From the NCBI GenBank assembly GCA_965197645.1, contig OZ240219.1:288001-352000 (forward strand): DNA of 64,000 nucleotides, given 5' to 3'. Both the position numbers and the translations under genes were made by a program. Each line of letters opens with the position of its first letter. Within the stretch, counting starts at the first letter, position 1. The notes under the pieces are model-generated. The model was not told where the DNA came from, did not search any database, and saw only the letters and a list, made by a program, of their open reading frames with translations. The stretch is from Dehalococcoidia bacterium (GTDB lineage: Bacteria; Chloroflexota; Dehalococcoidia; Plut-88900). Shown in pieces: positions 48,779 through 59,792 of this stretch.

Positions 48779-49633
48779 ATGGAAACTAGAGCACCTAGAA
48801 GCAGAAAATCGAGCCCTCAGGCCCTGGAGGCCGAGGCTATCGAGCTGGCCACGGCCGGCCGGTGGCAGGAGGCCCTCGAGGTCAACACCGAGTGCATCGA
48901 GATCTCACCGGAAGACTCCGGTGCGTACAATCGGCTCGGCAAGGCCCTGATGGAGCTGGGCCAGTACCACGAGGCGCAAGCCGCTTTCAGTCGCACCCTG
49001 GAGATCCTGCCCACCAACTCCATCGCCAAGAAGAACCTGAAACGGCTGGAGCACTTGCTGGAATCGGCCCCGAACCGTCAGACCACCTACACCAAGATAG
49101 CGCCGCAGCACTTCATAGAGGAGACGGGCAAGACCGGCATTACCGTCCTTATCGCTCCCGGCCCGCCGGAGGTTCTGGCCTGGCAGGACCCCGGAGTCCC
49201 CGTAGTCCTGCGACAGGACAGTGGGAACCTCATCGTGGACAGCGCCGATGGACAGTACCTGGGTCAGGTGGAGCCCAAGCTCACGTTCCGCCTCTCGCAG
49301 CTAATGGAGGGCGGCAACAGGTACGAAGGCGCCGTGACCAGCGTCGACGACGACAAGATTTCCGTGATCATTAGAGAGGTGTTCCAAGACCCGAGCCAGG
49401 TTGGGAAGTTCCCGTTTCCGTCCAAGGGCTCGGATGGGTTTCGCTCCGATATCAAGGAAAGCGTCATCAAATACGAGTTGGGGCAGGAAATTGCCTCTCA
49501 CGACGACGAGTTGGATTCCTGGGAGGACAAAGAGGACCCCAACGTCCCTGACGGCATCAGCATAGTCAGCGGAGACCGGGACAAATTTACGGTCGTGGAA
49601 GAGCCGGAAAAGGACGAAACCGGGGAATCCTGA
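48779..49633 (+). CDS. Tetratricopeptide-repeat protein
   Basis: AYNRLGKAL..LG.Y.EA..AF...LE..P.N..A TPR; acidic tail. Confidence 0.85.
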   Translation: METRAPRSRKSSPQALEAEAIELATAGRWQEALEVNTECIEISPEDSGAYNRLGKALMELGQYHEAQAAFSRTLEILPTNSIAKKNLKRLEHLLESAPNRQTTYTKIAPQHFIEETGKTGITVLIAPGPPEVLAWQDPGVPVVLRQDSGNLIVDSADGQYLGQVEPKLTFRLSQLMEGGNRYEGAVTSVDDDKISVIIREVFQDPSQVGKFPFPSKGSDGFRSDIKESVIKYELGQEIASHDDELDSWEDKEDPNVPDGISIVSGDRDKFTVVEEPEKDETGES

Positions 49634-49670
49634 AACCGGCCCCCGAATACGGAACTCGATGTTCCGCGCG

Positions 49671-49698
49671 GGCCTGGGCCATAGCCCAGGCCTTACTT
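49671..49698 (+). terminator. Probable intrinsic terminator of the TPR gene
   Basis: GGCCTGGGC-CATA-GCCCAGGCC followed by TTACTT. Confidence 0.5.
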
Positions 49699-49807
49699 GC
49701 GCATAGGTCCCGTCCGGAATGAGGGCTGACACATTAATCCAGTGTCGCCATTCCGCCGGATGGACCTCCTCATTGAAAGAATAGGCGAAAAAGGGTTAAA
49801 CTGAGGC

Positions 49808-50746
49808 GTGCGTCACAGCGAGACTTTACCTCTCTCCCAGGAATACCTGGGCCTCATCTCCAAATATCCCCCTCTTCAGGCCATCGGCAACACGCCCCTG
49901 GTGGGCCTTGATCTGGGCTTGGACATCGGCGACGCCGAGATCTTCGCCAAGTACGAGAACCTGAACCCGGGCGGCTCCATCAAGGACCGGCCCGTGCTGC
50001 GAATGCTCGTCGAGGCGGTCCTCTCCGGCGAGCTGACCAGGGACAAAACCATCCTGGACTCCACCTCCGGCAATGCCGGCATCGCCTATGCCATGATCGG
50101 CGCGGTGCTGGGCTACAAGGTGGAGCTCGTCATGCCTGCCAACGCAAGCGAAGAGCGGAAGAAGCGGGTCAGGTCCCACGGCGCCAACATCGTCTTCACA
50201 GACCCCCTGCTGGGCTACGATGAAAGCCTTCGGGAGGTCAGGCGGCGGTACGAGGATAACCCAGAAAAGTACTTCTTCTGCGACCAGTACAAGAACCGGA
50301 ACAACTGGCTTGCCCACTATGACACCACCGCCGATGAGATTCTCAAACAGGCCCCGGACCTCACCCATTTCGTTGCCGGAGTTGGCACCGGGGGCACGAT
50401 AACCGGTGTGGGCAAGCGTCTCAAGCAGGAGAAGCCGGACGTGAAGGTGGTCTGCATCATCCCGGGAGACTGGCGGGGCATCGAGGGGCTCAAGCCGCTG
50501 GGCGAAGACGATATAGTCCCTGAGATCTTCGATGAGAGCGTTGTTGACGAGAAGATGGATATGGACGTGGATGCCGCCCACAAGATGTCCAAGCTGCTGG
50601 CATCCAAGGGGATATTCGTGGGCCAATCCTCGGGGGCATACGTGCAGGGCGCCTACGAGGTTGCTCGCAGGGAGCGTAAAGGGCGCATCGTGACCGTCTT
50701 CAACGACCTCGGCGAGCGCTACTTCAGCACCGGCATGTGGGACTAG
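49808..50746 (+). CDS. cysM: PLP-dependent cysteine synthase family protein (CysM/CysK)
   Basis: IGNTPLV, NPGGSIKDR, TSGNAG, GVGTGGT, GERYFST. Confidence 0.85.
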   Translation: MRHSETLPLSQEYLGLISKYPPLQAIGNTPLVGLDLGLDIGDAEIFAKYENLNPGGSIKDRPVLRMLVEAVLSGELTRDKTILDSTSGNAGIAYAMIGAVLGYKVELVMPANASEERKKRVRSHGANIVFTDPLLGYDESLREVRRRYEDNPEKYFFCDQYKNRNNWLAHYDTTADEILKQAPDLTHFVAGVGTGGTITGVGKRLKQEKPDVKVVCIIPGDWRGIEGLKPLGEDDIVPEIFDESVVDEKMDMDVDAAHKMSKLLASKGIFVGQSSGAYVQGAYEVARRERKGRIVTVFNDLGERYFSTGMWD

Positions 50747-50753
50747 GCCGCCC

Positions 50754-52346
50754 CTAACGCTCTCTCCTCATCACCCGCCCCACCTTCTTCCCGTTGTACC
50801 GTCCCTCGTCGACCACAATCTGGCCGTTTACCAGCACGTACTCGATCCCCTCGGGATATCGTCTCGGGTCTTCCATGGACGATGTGTCTCTGACATCATC
50901 CAGGTTGAACAGCACCAGGTCCGCATCGGCGCCCTTGCGAACTACCCCCTTGCCTGAGAGCCCCATGGTCTGAGCGGGATAGGAGGTCATCTTCCTGACC
51001 GCCTCCTCCAGGCTGATGAGCTTCTCGTCCCTTACGTACTGGCCCAGCACTCTGGGGTAGGTTCCGTACTGGCCCGGGGGTGGCTTGCCATCGGAGTAGC
51101 CCATGGCGTCCGTCTCCAGCATGGTCAGCGGATGGGAAAGCGCCGTGCGAAAGTCCTCTTCTACTCCGTAGGGGCCGTACATGCTCACCTGGCACTGCTC
51201 CTCCAGTACCAGGTCCATCACCGCCTCCGAGGGGTCGACGCCCCGCTCCTCACTCACCTCCACGAGGGACATACCCTCCAGCGGCTTGTTCGCCTGGGTC
51301 ATTACCCTGCTGATGTAAACGTCGCTCCATCTCTCATCCAGGGGTTGGCCCAACTCATCCACCGAATCCCCGGACATCTCCTCCCTGATCCGGCGGCGGG
51401 TATCCGGGTCCTGCAATCGCCGGTACAGGTCGTCCAGGGTTCCCTCGCTGACCCAGTGAGGCAGAAGCACCCGCAGAGTGGTCCCCGCCGAGGTGAAGAT
51501 ATCGGTGGTGACGTCCAGCCCCTCTTCCCGGGCCTGGTCCATCGCCGCCAGCGCGCTTTCGAGCAGGCCCGCCGTACCGACGCGAGGCGTGACGATATGG
51601 GAGACGACCACTGGAATCTCGGCCTGCCGGCCCACCTCGAAGCTCTCGTCCAGGGCCTGGAGCACCTCTTCCGAATAGCTGCGCATGTGGGTGGCGTACA
51701 GTCCGCCGTTTCTCCCGGCCACGCTGGCCAGATCGATGATCTCCGGCGTGGCGGCGTAGGCGCCGGGCGCGTATGCGAGGCCCACCGAGAACCCGAAGGC
51801 CCCGGCATCCATCGCCTCCTGCACATAGGCGCGCATCTGCTCCAGCTCGGATGGGGACGGGTCACGAACGTCGAAACCCATGGCGGCTATGCGCACCGTC
51901 CCATGCCCGACCAAGGGCACGAAGTTGGTGGGGATTTCGAAGCCTGACAGCGCCTCCAGGTACTCGGCGAAGGTGCGCCACTCCCAGGAGAGCACACCTT
52001 GTTCGGGCGATTCGAAGGCCACAAAAGTCTTCAGCAGATCAAGGCGGTCCGGGTGCACCGGCGCCGCCGTTTCGCCGCAGTTCCCGCCGACCTCGGTGGT
52101 AATACCCTGCCTGAGCTTGAAGTCCCGGGGGTTGGACTCGTCCAGGATGGTGAAATCGGCGTGGCAGTGAACGTCGATGAAGCCGGGCGCCAGGTGGAGC
52201 CCCTGGGCATCGATCACCCTCTCGGCCTCCGCCGACACCTGCCCGATGGCGGCGATGGCATCGCCCTGGACGGCTACGTCCCCTGGGAACGGGGGCGCAC
52301 CCGTGCCATCGATTATCAGGGCATTGCGGATCAGGACGCTATACAA
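50754..52346 (-). CDS. N-acyl-D-amino-acid deacylase (D-aminoacylase)
   Basis: DGTGAP, PGFIDVHCHAD, GNCG, YATHMR, GTYPRVLG. Confidence 0.9.
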   Translation of the reverse strand: MYSVLIRNALIIDGTGAPPFPGDVAVQGDAIAAIGQVSAEAERVIDAQGLHLAPGFIDVHCHADFTILDESNPRDFKLRQGITTEVGGNCGETAAPVHPDRLDLLKTFVAFESPEQGVLSWEWRTFAEYLEALSGFEIPTNFVPLVGHGTVRIAAMGFDVRDPSPSELEQMRAYVQEAMDAGAFGFSVGLAYAPGAYAATPEIIDLASVAGRNGGLYATHMRSYSEEVLQALDESFEVGRQAEIPVVVSHIVTPRVGTAGLLESALAAMDQAREEGLDVTTDIFTSAGTTLRVLLPHWVSEGTLDDLYRRLQDPDTRRRIREEMSGDSVDELGQPLDERWSDVYISRVMTQANKPLEGMSLVEVSEERGVDPSEAVMDLVLEEQCQVSMYGPYGVEEDFRTALSHPLTMLETDAMGYSDGKPPPGQYGTYPRVLGQYVRDEKLISLEEAVRKMTSYPAQTMGLSGKGVVRKGADADLVLFNLDDVRDTSSMEDPRRYPEGIEYVLVNGQIVVDEGRYNGKKVGRVMRRER

Positions 52347-52396
52347 AACTCTAGCCTGCTCCTTGGTGGCCCCGGCCTGCTCCCCGTTGCTGGCTG

Positions 52397-53281
52397 CTAG
52401 TTTCCGTCCCTCTTTTCGCCGTCCTTCTGAGAGTCCGCGGCCATGTTGACAAAGGGTTTCAGAATGCCGGTGAACTCCATGGGGAAGATGAACTTGGTCG
52501 AGGGGCTGGAGCCGAGCTGCTTCAACGTATCGAAGTACTGGAGGCTCATGGTCTTAGCATCGACGTTCTGGGCGACCTCATAGACCTTGTTCAGAGCGTT
52601 ACTGAAACCCTCGGCGTTGAGAATGGCTGCTTGACGCTCGCCTTCGGCGGTGAGAATCGCCGCCTGTCTATTGCCCTCTGCGCTCAGAATCGCCGCTTGC
52701 TTTTCACCCTCGGCAACGGTTATGTTCGCCTGCCGGCTGCCATCGGCCTCGGTGACCACCGCCCTTCGTTCCCGCTCGGCCGCCATCTGCCGGTTCATAG
52801 CGTTCTGGATATCGGTTGGGGGATCGATCTCCCTGATCTCGACAGCGGTGACCTTGACGCCCCAGCGCTCTGTCACTTCGTCCAATTTCACTCGAAGAAT
52901 CTGATTGATCTCTTCCCTTTTGGCCAGAACGTCGTCCAGCGGGATGTCGCCTATGACGGCACGCAGAGTAGTAGTGGCCATTCCTACTATCGCCGCCCGG
53001 AAGTCCTGCACCTCCAGGACCGAGCGTTCGGCCTGCGCTTCCATAACCTTATAGTAGATGAGGAAGTCGATGCCAATTGGGGCGTTGTCCTTGGTGATGT
53101 TGGTCTGGCGGGCCACGTCTATGACGTTTTCCCTCAGATCAACCTTCTGAAAGCTGTCCAGGAAAGGCACCAGCAGCTTGAGGCCGGCGTCCTTCATTCC
53201 AATGTACTTCCCGAGCCTAAAGGTCACCATCCGCTCATACTGTCTTACGATAGCAAAGGGGAATATCACGGGCGTCGTCAT
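52397..53281 (-). CDS. SPFH/stomatin-like (slipin) protein
   Basis: QYER..FRLG, ITKDN, TTLRAVIG, WGVKV..VEI, AERERRA. Confidence 0.92.
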   Translation of the reverse strand: MTTPVIFPFAIVRQYERMVTFRLGKYIGMKDAGLKLLVPFLDSFQKVDLRENVIDVARQTNITKDNAPIGIDFLIYYKVMEAQAERSVLEVQDFRAAIVGMATTTLRAVIGDIPLDDVLAKREEINQILRVKLDEVTERWGVKVTAVEIREIDPPTDIQNAMNRQMAAERERRAVVTEADGSRQANITVAEGEKQAAILSAEGNRQAAILTAEGERQAAILNAEGFSNALNKVYEVAQNVDAKTMSLQYFDTLKQLGSSPSTKFIFPMEFTGILKPFVNMAADSQKDGEKRDGN

Positions 53282-53299
53282 TACAGGCCTCCTTTTACG

Positions 53300-54631
53300 C
53301 TACACCTTCCGCACTTTTACCGTTAGACCCACTATCTCCACCACCTCCACGTCTTCGCCACTGGGGATGACCTGTTCCTCTTCGGAAACGGCGCTCCATT
53401 CCTCACTCGCCACTTGCACCGTGCCGGTGGGGTCCAGGTCCGTTGTCACTCGCCCCTTCTGTCCCACAAGGACCGTTAGAGAACTGACATACTTGATCTT
53501 TCGGGACCGGACTACCGCCGTCACTACAACTAGGGCGAACAGGGCCATTATACCCGAGAGGATGCCCACCAGCCAAAGGCTGATCTTGATCACCGGCGCA
53601 CCTGGAAAGTCCGGCTCGCCCACCGAGAACAACAACAGTGCTCCCAGGATGAAAGCGACCACCCCCGCCAGCCCAAGGAACCCCAGGCCCGGCACCTGTA
53701 TCTCGAAGAAGATGAGCACCGCCGCCAGGGCCAGCAGCGCAATGCCAGCCCAGTTGAAGGGCAGGGTGCCCAGCGCTACCAGCCCGATGATCAGCGCGAT
53801 AGCCCCCGAAACGCCGGGCACTATCAGGCCCGGATGAAGTATCTCAAAGAATATACCCAGGGTGCCTATGGTCAGCAGGATGCCTATTACGTTGGGGTTG
53901 CCGACGAAGGACAGGAATTTCTCGGCCAGGTTCATGTCCAAGTCTCTTACGACGATCCCCTCGGTGTTCAGCGTCACGATACCGGATGCTGTTTCCGCCT
54001 CCCTGCCATGCAGCTGGTGCAACAGGTCGTCGACGCTGGTAGCGATGAAGTCCACCACGTTCTGCTCCACGGCTTCGATGGCGGAGAACGCCTTGGCCTC
54101 GGTCACGGTGCTGATGAGGAGCTCCTTGTTGCGGCCCCGCTTGTCTGCGATCCCCTCGACCATGGCTACGGCTATGTTCGTTGCCTTTTCGGAGAGGGTT
54201 TCGGGCAGGTCCTCACCCCCCGCCCCCACCGGCGAGGCCGCCCCGATGGAGGAGCTTTCGGACATTACGGCAAAGTTGGCCGCTGTGGTCACGAAGGTCC
54301 CAGCCGATGCAGCCAAGGCCCCGGCCGGATATACGTATACCGCCGTCGGCACGTCGGCGGTTAGGAGCGTTGACACAATCTTTTCAGTAGAGGAGAGAAG
54401 CCCGCCCGGCGTATCCAACAGGATGACGACCACCTCCGCCCCATCATTCTCAGCCTCCTCGACGCCCCGCCCTATGTAGCGTTGGGATATAGGCTCGATG
54501 GCCCCGTCTACAGTGAGAATGAAGGCCTCCCTGCCTTCGCTTTGGGCGTACGCCGAAGACGCAAGTCCCAGGAGGCCGAGACACAGCAAAGTTATGGATA
54601 TCGCCAGTCTGACCCGCCTGCCGCCAATCAT
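53300..54631 (-). CDS. nfeD: NfeD membrane-bound serine protease (long form)
   Basis: LDTPGG, AASAG, IGAASPV, TM region, C-terminal OB domain; paired with SPFH gene. Confidence 0.92.
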   Translation of the reverse strand: MIGGRRVRLAISITLLCLGLLGLASSAYAQSEGREAFILTVDGAIEPISQRYIGRGVEEAENDGAEVVVILLDTPGGLLSSTEKIVSTLLTADVPTAVYVYPAGALAASAGTFVTTAANFAVMSESSSIGAASPVGAGGEDLPETLSEKATNIAVAMVEGIADKRGRNKELLISTVTEAKAFSAIEAVEQNVVDFIATSVDDLLHQLHGREAETASGIVTLNTEGIVVRDLDMNLAEKFLSFVGNPNVIGILLTIGTLGIFFEILHPGLIVPGVSGAIALIIGLVALGTLPFNWAGIALLALAAVLIFFEIQVPGLGFLGLAGVVAFILGALLLFSVGEPDFPGAPVIKISLWLVGILSGIMALFALVVVTAVVRSRKIKYVSSLTVLVGQKGRVTTDLDPTGTVQVASEEWSAVSEEEQVIPSGEDVEVVEIVGLTVKVRKV

Positions 54632-54697
54632 ATGTCAATTATACCTTGCCCAACCAGAATGCCCATTCTCTCTGGATTGTCCAGGCACGATTTAGCT

Positions 54698-54726
54698 TTG
54701 ACTCAGGCATGGAGATATGGTAGGAT
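54698..54726 (+). promoter_or_regulatory. Sigma70-type promoter for the C26 peptidase-gyrA unit
   Basis: TTGACT-N17-TAGGAT with extended TG. Confidence 0.55.
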
Positions 54727-54850
54727 GAGATAAGCGTTTGAAGGCCACATTTCTACATATCCGGTCCTCCACCTCGTCCCTTGCAGACGATGCAGGTTTC
54801 GTCGGCCCTTACGCTGAATTCCGCGGCAGCTCCGTCTCTCCCTATCGTTC

Positions 54851-55534
54851 ATGACCGTAATAGGCATATCCACGTCCAGCAGGGCCAAAGTACGTCGGTA
54901 TAGACACGTTGTCGAAAAATTGGGCGCGGACCCCCTGCCCCTGAGACCCCACCCCAAGCCTGACATCGACCGGGTGCTGAACGAAGTGGACGGCCTGATT
55001 CTATCCGGCGGCGAGGACATAGACCCAATCTATTACAATGACCCGCCGGAAAACTCCAGCCCGGACCAGGAGCGGGACGCCTTCGAGATACCCCTGGTGA
55101 CGACAGCCCTGGAACGGGACATGCCAATCTTCGGCATCTGCCGGGGGATGGAAGCGCTCAACGTGGTGCTGGGGGGTAAGCTGATACAGAACATCTCCGG
55201 GCACCGCACCCACGATAGGATCGAGTCAGAGTACCACGACGTCTACGTAGCCCCCGGCAGCAGGCTGGGCCGAATTCTCGGCGGCGGACCGGTCATGAAG
55301 GTCAACAGCCGTCATCGCCAGGGGTTCAACCACGCCATCAAAGCGCCGGGGCTCCTCGCTTCCTGCTACGTCCTTGATGGAGACCTGATCGAAGGTGTCG
55401 AAGCGCCCGAGTACTCCTGGGTCGTCGCCGTGCAATGGCACCCGGAGCGAGAGGACGAGGTCCCGGCCCGCAACATGAACCTGTTCCAAGGTCTTATAGA
55501 AGCCGCCGAACGTATGGCCGCTACGGCCCGCTAG
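54851..55534 (+). CDS. Peptidase C26 / gamma-glutamyl-gamma-aminobutyrate hydrolase family
   Basis: GLILSGGEDIDP, GICRG, VNSRH.Q, VQWHPE. Confidence 0.9.
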   Translation: MTVIGISTSSRAKVRRYRHVVEKLGADPLPLRPHPKPDIDRVLNEVDGLILSGGEDIDPIYYNDPPENSSPDQERDAFEIPLVTTALERDMPIFGICRGMEALNVVLGGKLIQNISGHRTHDRIESEYHDVYVAPGSRLGRILGGGPVMKVNSRHRQGFNHAIKAPGLLASCYVLDGDLIEGVEAPEYSWVVAVQWHPEREDEVPARNMNLFQGLIEAAERMAATAR

Positions 55535-55543
55535 CGAGAGATT

Positions 55544-58021
55544 ATGGTCACCAACATCGGGAAGATCAGGCCGGTAAAGATAGAAGAGGAGATGCGAGGG
55601 TCCTACCTGGACTACGCCATGAGCGTAATCGTGGCCCGGGCCCTGCCGGACGTCCGAGACGGACTCAAGCCGGTGCACCGTCGCATCCTCTACGCCATGG
55701 ACGAGCTGGGCATCCAGCCGGACAGCCCCTACAAGAAGAGTGCCCGAATAGTGGGCGAGGTGATGGGTAAGTACCACCCCCACGGCGACTCGCCCATATA
55801 CGATGCCATGGTGCGGATGGCCCAGCCCTTCTCCATGCGCTACATGCTGGTGGACGGCCAGGGCAACTTCGGCAGTGTCGACAACGACCCACCGGCCGCC
55901 ATGCGCTATACCGAGGCTCGGCTAACTGCCATTTCCACCGAGCTCCTCGCCGATATAGACCAGGACACCGTAGATTTCAACCCGAACTTCGATGACAGCC
56001 TGCGGGAGCCATCGGTCCTGCCGGCTCGAATCCCCAACCTGCTGATAAACGGCAGCTCGGGAATCGCCGTGGGCATGGCCACCAGCATACCTCCCCACAA
56101 CCTGGGCGAGGTCATCGACGCTATCGGCCGCCTAATCGATAACCCCGATACCTCCATAGAAGAGCTGATGGAGATAGTGCATGGGCCCGATTATCCCACC
56201 AAGGCGGTCATCTGGGGCAAGGAGGGGATCCGCAACGCCTATACCACCGGCCACGGCAAGGTGGTCACCAGGGCAAGAGCGGAGATCCAGGAGATCTCCA
56301 AGGGCGGCAAAAGCCAGATAGTAGTATCTGAGCTGCCCTACCAGGTCAACAAGGCCAACTTGATAGAAAAGATCGCCGATCTGGCACGGGATAGACGAGT
56401 AGAGGGCATCACAGAGGTCCGTGACGAATCGGACCGGGAGGGCATACGCATAGTCATAGAGATAAAGCGGGACCAGTATCCGGAGCAGGTGCTAAACAAC
56501 CTGTACCTCAACACCTCTATGCAATCGGCCTACTTCGTAAACATGCTGGCCCTCGTGGACGGGGCCCCGCGGGTGCTGAATCTCAAGACCGCCCTGCAAC
56601 ACTTCATCGATTTCCGCCGCGAGGTCATCGTCCGGCGCTCCCGCTATCAGCTCAAGAAGGCCCAGGAGCGCGCCCACATCCTCGAGGGTCTCAAGATCGC
56701 CCTGGACCGGCTCGATGCGATAATCGCCACCATCCGGCAGTCCCCCAGCGTAGAAGATGCTCGCAACAACCTGATGCACCTGTTCAACCTGACCCAGGTA
56801 CAGTCCCAGGCCATCCTGGACATGCAGCTGCGCCGCATCGCCGCCCTGGAGCGGGAGAAGATAAACGACGAGTACACCGATACCATCAAGAGGATCAATT
56901 ACCTGGAGGACCTGCTGGCCAGTCCACGCAAGGTGATGTTCCTCATCAAGGACGAGATGCTGGAGATCAAGGCCAAATATTCCGACGCTCGCAGCACCGA
57001 GATAACAGACGAGGAGCCTACGGCCTTCTCCAAGGAGGACCTGGTAGCCCACGAGGAGACGGTGGTTACCCTCAGCCACCAGGACTACATCAAGCGCATG
57101 CCCCGGGACACCTACAAGGTCCAACGTAGAGGCGGTAGAGGCGTAGCCGGGATGGAGACCCGGGAGGCCGACGCCGTACAGCACCTCATAGTGGCCGATA
57201 CCCATGATACCCTACTCTTCTTCAGCAGTCGCGGCCGGGTCACACCCCTGAAGTGCTATGATATTCCTCCCGCTCTATCCCGCACGGCGAAGGGGATATC
57301 CATCAATAATCTTCTCTCCCTGGAAGAGGGCGAGCAGATAACCGCCCTGATCAACTTCCAGGACTACGAGACCGACAAGTTCTTCGTTATGGCAACCCGA
57401 AAGGGACAGATCAAGAAGACGCCCCTCGAGGGATTCGTCAACATCCGGGGCAACGGCCTCAACGCCTTCAAACTGGACAGGGGAGACGATCTGGTGTCCG
57501 TGGTTCTCGCCGGGGACGAAGATGAATATGTCATAGTCACGGAACAAGGTCAGTCCCTAAGGGCCAAGGTCGAAGCTCTTCGCAGCGCCTCCAGGTACAG
57601 CGGCGGCGTCCGGGGCATCAAGCTGGTCGGGAGTGACAGGCTGATCGCCATGGCTAACGTTATACCAGACCACCATCTCCTCACCATATCGATCAATGGC
57701 TTCGGGAAACTTACGCCGCTGCGGTCCTATCACACCCAGGCCAGGGGAGGTCAAGGGGTGATAACCTTCCGGGTGAACCCCAAGACGGGCCCTCTAATCT
57801 CCGCCCGGGTCGTTAGCCGCGACCAGGAGTTGATAGTGGTCTCCACCCACGGAATCCTCTCTCGAATCAATCTGAAAGAGATATCCGTACAAGGGAGAAT
57901 CACCCAGGGCGTAACCATCAAGAAGCTGGACACCGGAGACTCGGTAGCGGCCATAGCCACAGCCAACGGCCACATCGATGTCCCCTCAGACGACCAGCCC
58001 AAAGGCAAGGGCAAGGCCTAG
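55544..58021 (+). CDS. gyrA: DNA gyrase subunit A
   Basis: [27 protein letters not shown], GyrA-box QRRGGRG. Confidence 0.97.
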   Translation: MVTNIGKIRPVKIEEEMRGSYLDYAMSVIVARALPDVRDGLKPVHRRILYAMDELGIQPDSPYKKSARIVGEVMGKYHPHGDSPIYDAMVRMAQPFSMRYMLVDGQGNFGSVDNDPPAAMRYTEARLTAISTELLADIDQDTVDFNPNFDDSLREPSVLPARIPNLLINGSSGIAVGMATSIPPHNLGEVIDAIGRLIDNPDTSIEELMEIVHGPDYPTKAVIWGKEGIRNAYTTGHGKVVTRARAEIQEISKGGKSQIVVSELPYQVNKANLIEKIADLARDRRVEGITEVRDESDREGIRIVIEIKRDQYPEQVLNNLYLNTSMQSAYFVNMLALVDGAPRVLNLKTALQHFIDFRREVIVRRSRYQLKKAQERAHILEGLKIALDRLDAIIATIRQSPSVEDARNNLMHLFNLTQVQSQAILDMQLRRIAALEREKINDEYTDTIKRINYLEDLLASPRKVMFLIKDEMLEIKAKYSDARSTEITDEEPTAFSKEDLVAHEETVVTLSHQDYIKRMPRDTYKVQRRGGRGVAGMETREADAVQHLIVADTHDTLLFFSSRGRVTPLKCYDIPPALSRTAKGISINNLLSLEEGEQITALINFQDYETDKFFVMATRKGQIKKTPLEGFVNIRGNGLNAFKLDRGDDLVSVVLAGDEDEYVIVTEQGQSLRAKVEALRSASRYSGGVRGIKLVGSDRLIAMANVIPDHHLLTISINGFGKLTPLRSYHTQARGGQGVITFRVNPKTGPLISARVVSRDQELIVVSTHGILSRINLKEISVQGRITQGVTIKKLDTGDSVAAIATANGHIDVPSDDQPKGKGKA

Positions 58022-58081
58022 CAGGGCGGCCGAGTATCCCTTTCGGCCATCCGGTGTTACCCTCGCAACTGCCACAGGAGG

Positions 58082-58777
58082 ATGTTCATGAAATTGGTAT
58101 TTGTCCACGGCTCCGGCGGCTCGGAAACGGATTTCTACTATCAGACCCGCTACTTCGAGGACTCGGAGGCCGTCAACCTTCCAGGCCACCCCGACGGCGC
58201 GGCCTGCCAGTCGATTCCCGAGTACGTCCAGTGGCTCCGCGGCTACTTCTTCGGCCGGGGATACGAGGATATCGTTCTGTCCGGCCACTCCATGGGAGGC
58301 GGCATAGTCCTCTACTATGCCCTGATGCATCCCGGCGAGCTGAAGGCCATAATCCCCATAGGCAGCGGGGCAAGGTTAAGGGTGCATCCGACATACCTGG
58401 CCGAGCTTCACGACGGCATCACCAACCGGCAGGCCTGGGAACAGGAGCACCGCGAGCAGACCTACGACGAGGACCCAGAGGTGAATCGGCTGATGCTGGA
58501 TGCAATGTTACGAGTCGGGCCGGCCGTGGCATACACCGACATGTTGGCCTGCGACAACTTTGATCTGATAGGACGCATGAAGGAGATAAGACTGCCCACC
58601 CTGGCATTTTGCGGCAGCGACGACGAAATGACTCCTCCTCTCTACACCAACTACCTGGGCGAGAACATACCAAACTGCAAGACCCTCGTCATCGAGGGGG
58701 CCGGCCACAGCGTCATGTCGGAGAAGCCTAAGGAGACCAACCGCGCAATAGAGGAGTTCCTGACCTCGCTGGCCTAG
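58082..58777 (+). CDS. Alpha/beta hydrolase
   Basis: FVHGSG, LPGH, GHSMGG, GSDD, GAGH. Confidence 0.9.
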   Translation: MFMKLVFVHGSGGSETDFYYQTRYFEDSEAVNLPGHPDGAACQSIPEYVQWLRGYFFGRGYEDIVLSGHSMGGGIVLYYALMHPGELKAIIPIGSGARLRVHPTYLAELHDGITNRQAWEQEHREQTYDEDPEVNRLMLDAMLRVGPAVAYTDMLACDNFDLIGRMKEIRLPTLAFCGSDDEMTPPLYTNYLGENIPNCKTLVIEGAGHSVMSEKPKETNRAIEEFLTSLA

Positions 58778-58839
58778 TCCCGAGCCGGGAAGGCCGGTCA
58801 ACGGGTTGGTTTATTGCTCATCACCCGTGTTTGTGATTA

Positions 58840-58869
58840 TTGACACTACTAGGTAGGCTTGGTTAGAAT
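58840..58869 (+). promoter_or_regulatory. Sigma70-type promoter of the rplU operon
   Basis: TTGACA-N18-TAGAAT, 8 nt before the ATG. Confidence 0.65.
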
Positions 58870-58877
58870 GTCTTGAA

Positions 58878-59264
58878 ATGACCAAAGACGAAGACTACGC
58901 AATCGTGATGTCCGGCGGGAAGCAGCACCGGGTCTCGGTGGGCGATACCGTAAGAGTAGAGCGACTGCCCCAGGAGCCTGGAGCAGCCGTCGATCTCAAC
59001 GAGGTACTGCTGGTCTCTCGGAAGGGTGATGTGAGACTTGGCGCTCCGCTGGTACCCGGAGCCAAAGTAAAGGCGAAGGTGGTCGACCATGGCCGGGACG
59101 ACAAGGTCACAGTCTTCAAGTACAAGAGCAAGGTGAGGTATCGCCGCAAGACCGGCCACCGGCAGCACTACACGGACCTGGCCATCGAAAGGATCAACGT
59201 CGGCCGCAGCCAGTCTAAGAGGTCCGTCAAGGCGAAGTCCGAGGAAGCGAAAGAGGACGAGTAA
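58878..59264 (+). CDS. rplU: 50S ribosomal protein L21
   Basis: [25 protein letters not shown]. Confidence 0.96.
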   Translation: MTKDEDYAIVMSGGKQHRVSVGDTVRVERLPQEPGAAVDLNEVLLVSRKGDVRLGAPLVPGAKVKAKVVDHGRDDKVTVFKYKSKVRYRRKTGHRQHYTDLAIERINVGRSQSKRSVKAKSEEAKEDE

Positions 59265-59518
59265 TGGCTCACAAAAAGGGTGGAGGCAGCAGCCGCAACG
59301 GTCGGGATAGCCAGTCCAAGCGGCTCGGCGTCAAACGATACGGTGGCGAGTTGGTCACGGCGGGTACCATCATCGTGCGTCAACGGGGCACGCGAATACA
59401 TCCCGGCAGCAACGTGGGGTTGGGCCGGGACCACACCCTGTTCGCCCTGCTGGACGGCAAGGTGCAGTTCGAGCGGGCATCCAAAGAGCGCAAGAAGGTT
59501 AGCGTGTACCCCGGCTAA
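59264..59518 (+). CDS. rpmA: 50S ribosomal protein L27
   Basis: [23 protein letters not shown]. Confidence 0.98.
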   Translation: MAHKKGGGSSRNGRDSQSKRLGVKRYGGELVTAGTIIVRQRGTRIHPGSNVGLGRDHTLFALLDGKVQFERASKERKKVSVYPG

Positions 59519-59528
59519 GGAACCACCC

Positions 59529-59732
59529 ATGAAGACTAAGATACATCCCAAGTACCATAGAGCTAAGGTTACCTGCGGAAGCTGTGGCACCACCTTCGAG
59601 ACCGGCTCCACCAGGGAAGAGTTACGCGTGGAGCTGTGCAGCAAATGCCACCCCTACTTCACCGGGGAGCAGCGGATTGTGGACAGCGGCGGCAGAGTGG
59701 AGCAGTTCAAGAAGCGCTACGGACTGGAGTAA
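59529..59732 (+). CDS. rpmE: 50S ribosomal protein L31 (Zn-binding form)
   Basis: [29 protein letters not shown]. Confidence 0.96.
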   Translation: MKTKIHPKYHRAKVTCGSCGTTFETGSTREELRVELCSKCHPYFTGEQRIVDSGGRVEQFKKRYGLE

Positions 59733-59792
59733 CTTACGAATATCCGAGAGTCACGAGGGAGCACGAGGCTCCCTCGTTTGGTTTAGGGGACA

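Noticed and set aside
55544-58021. gyrA without adjacent gyrB, possibly parC
   Set aside because: Intact GyrA-box identifies gyrase; split gyrA/gyrB is common
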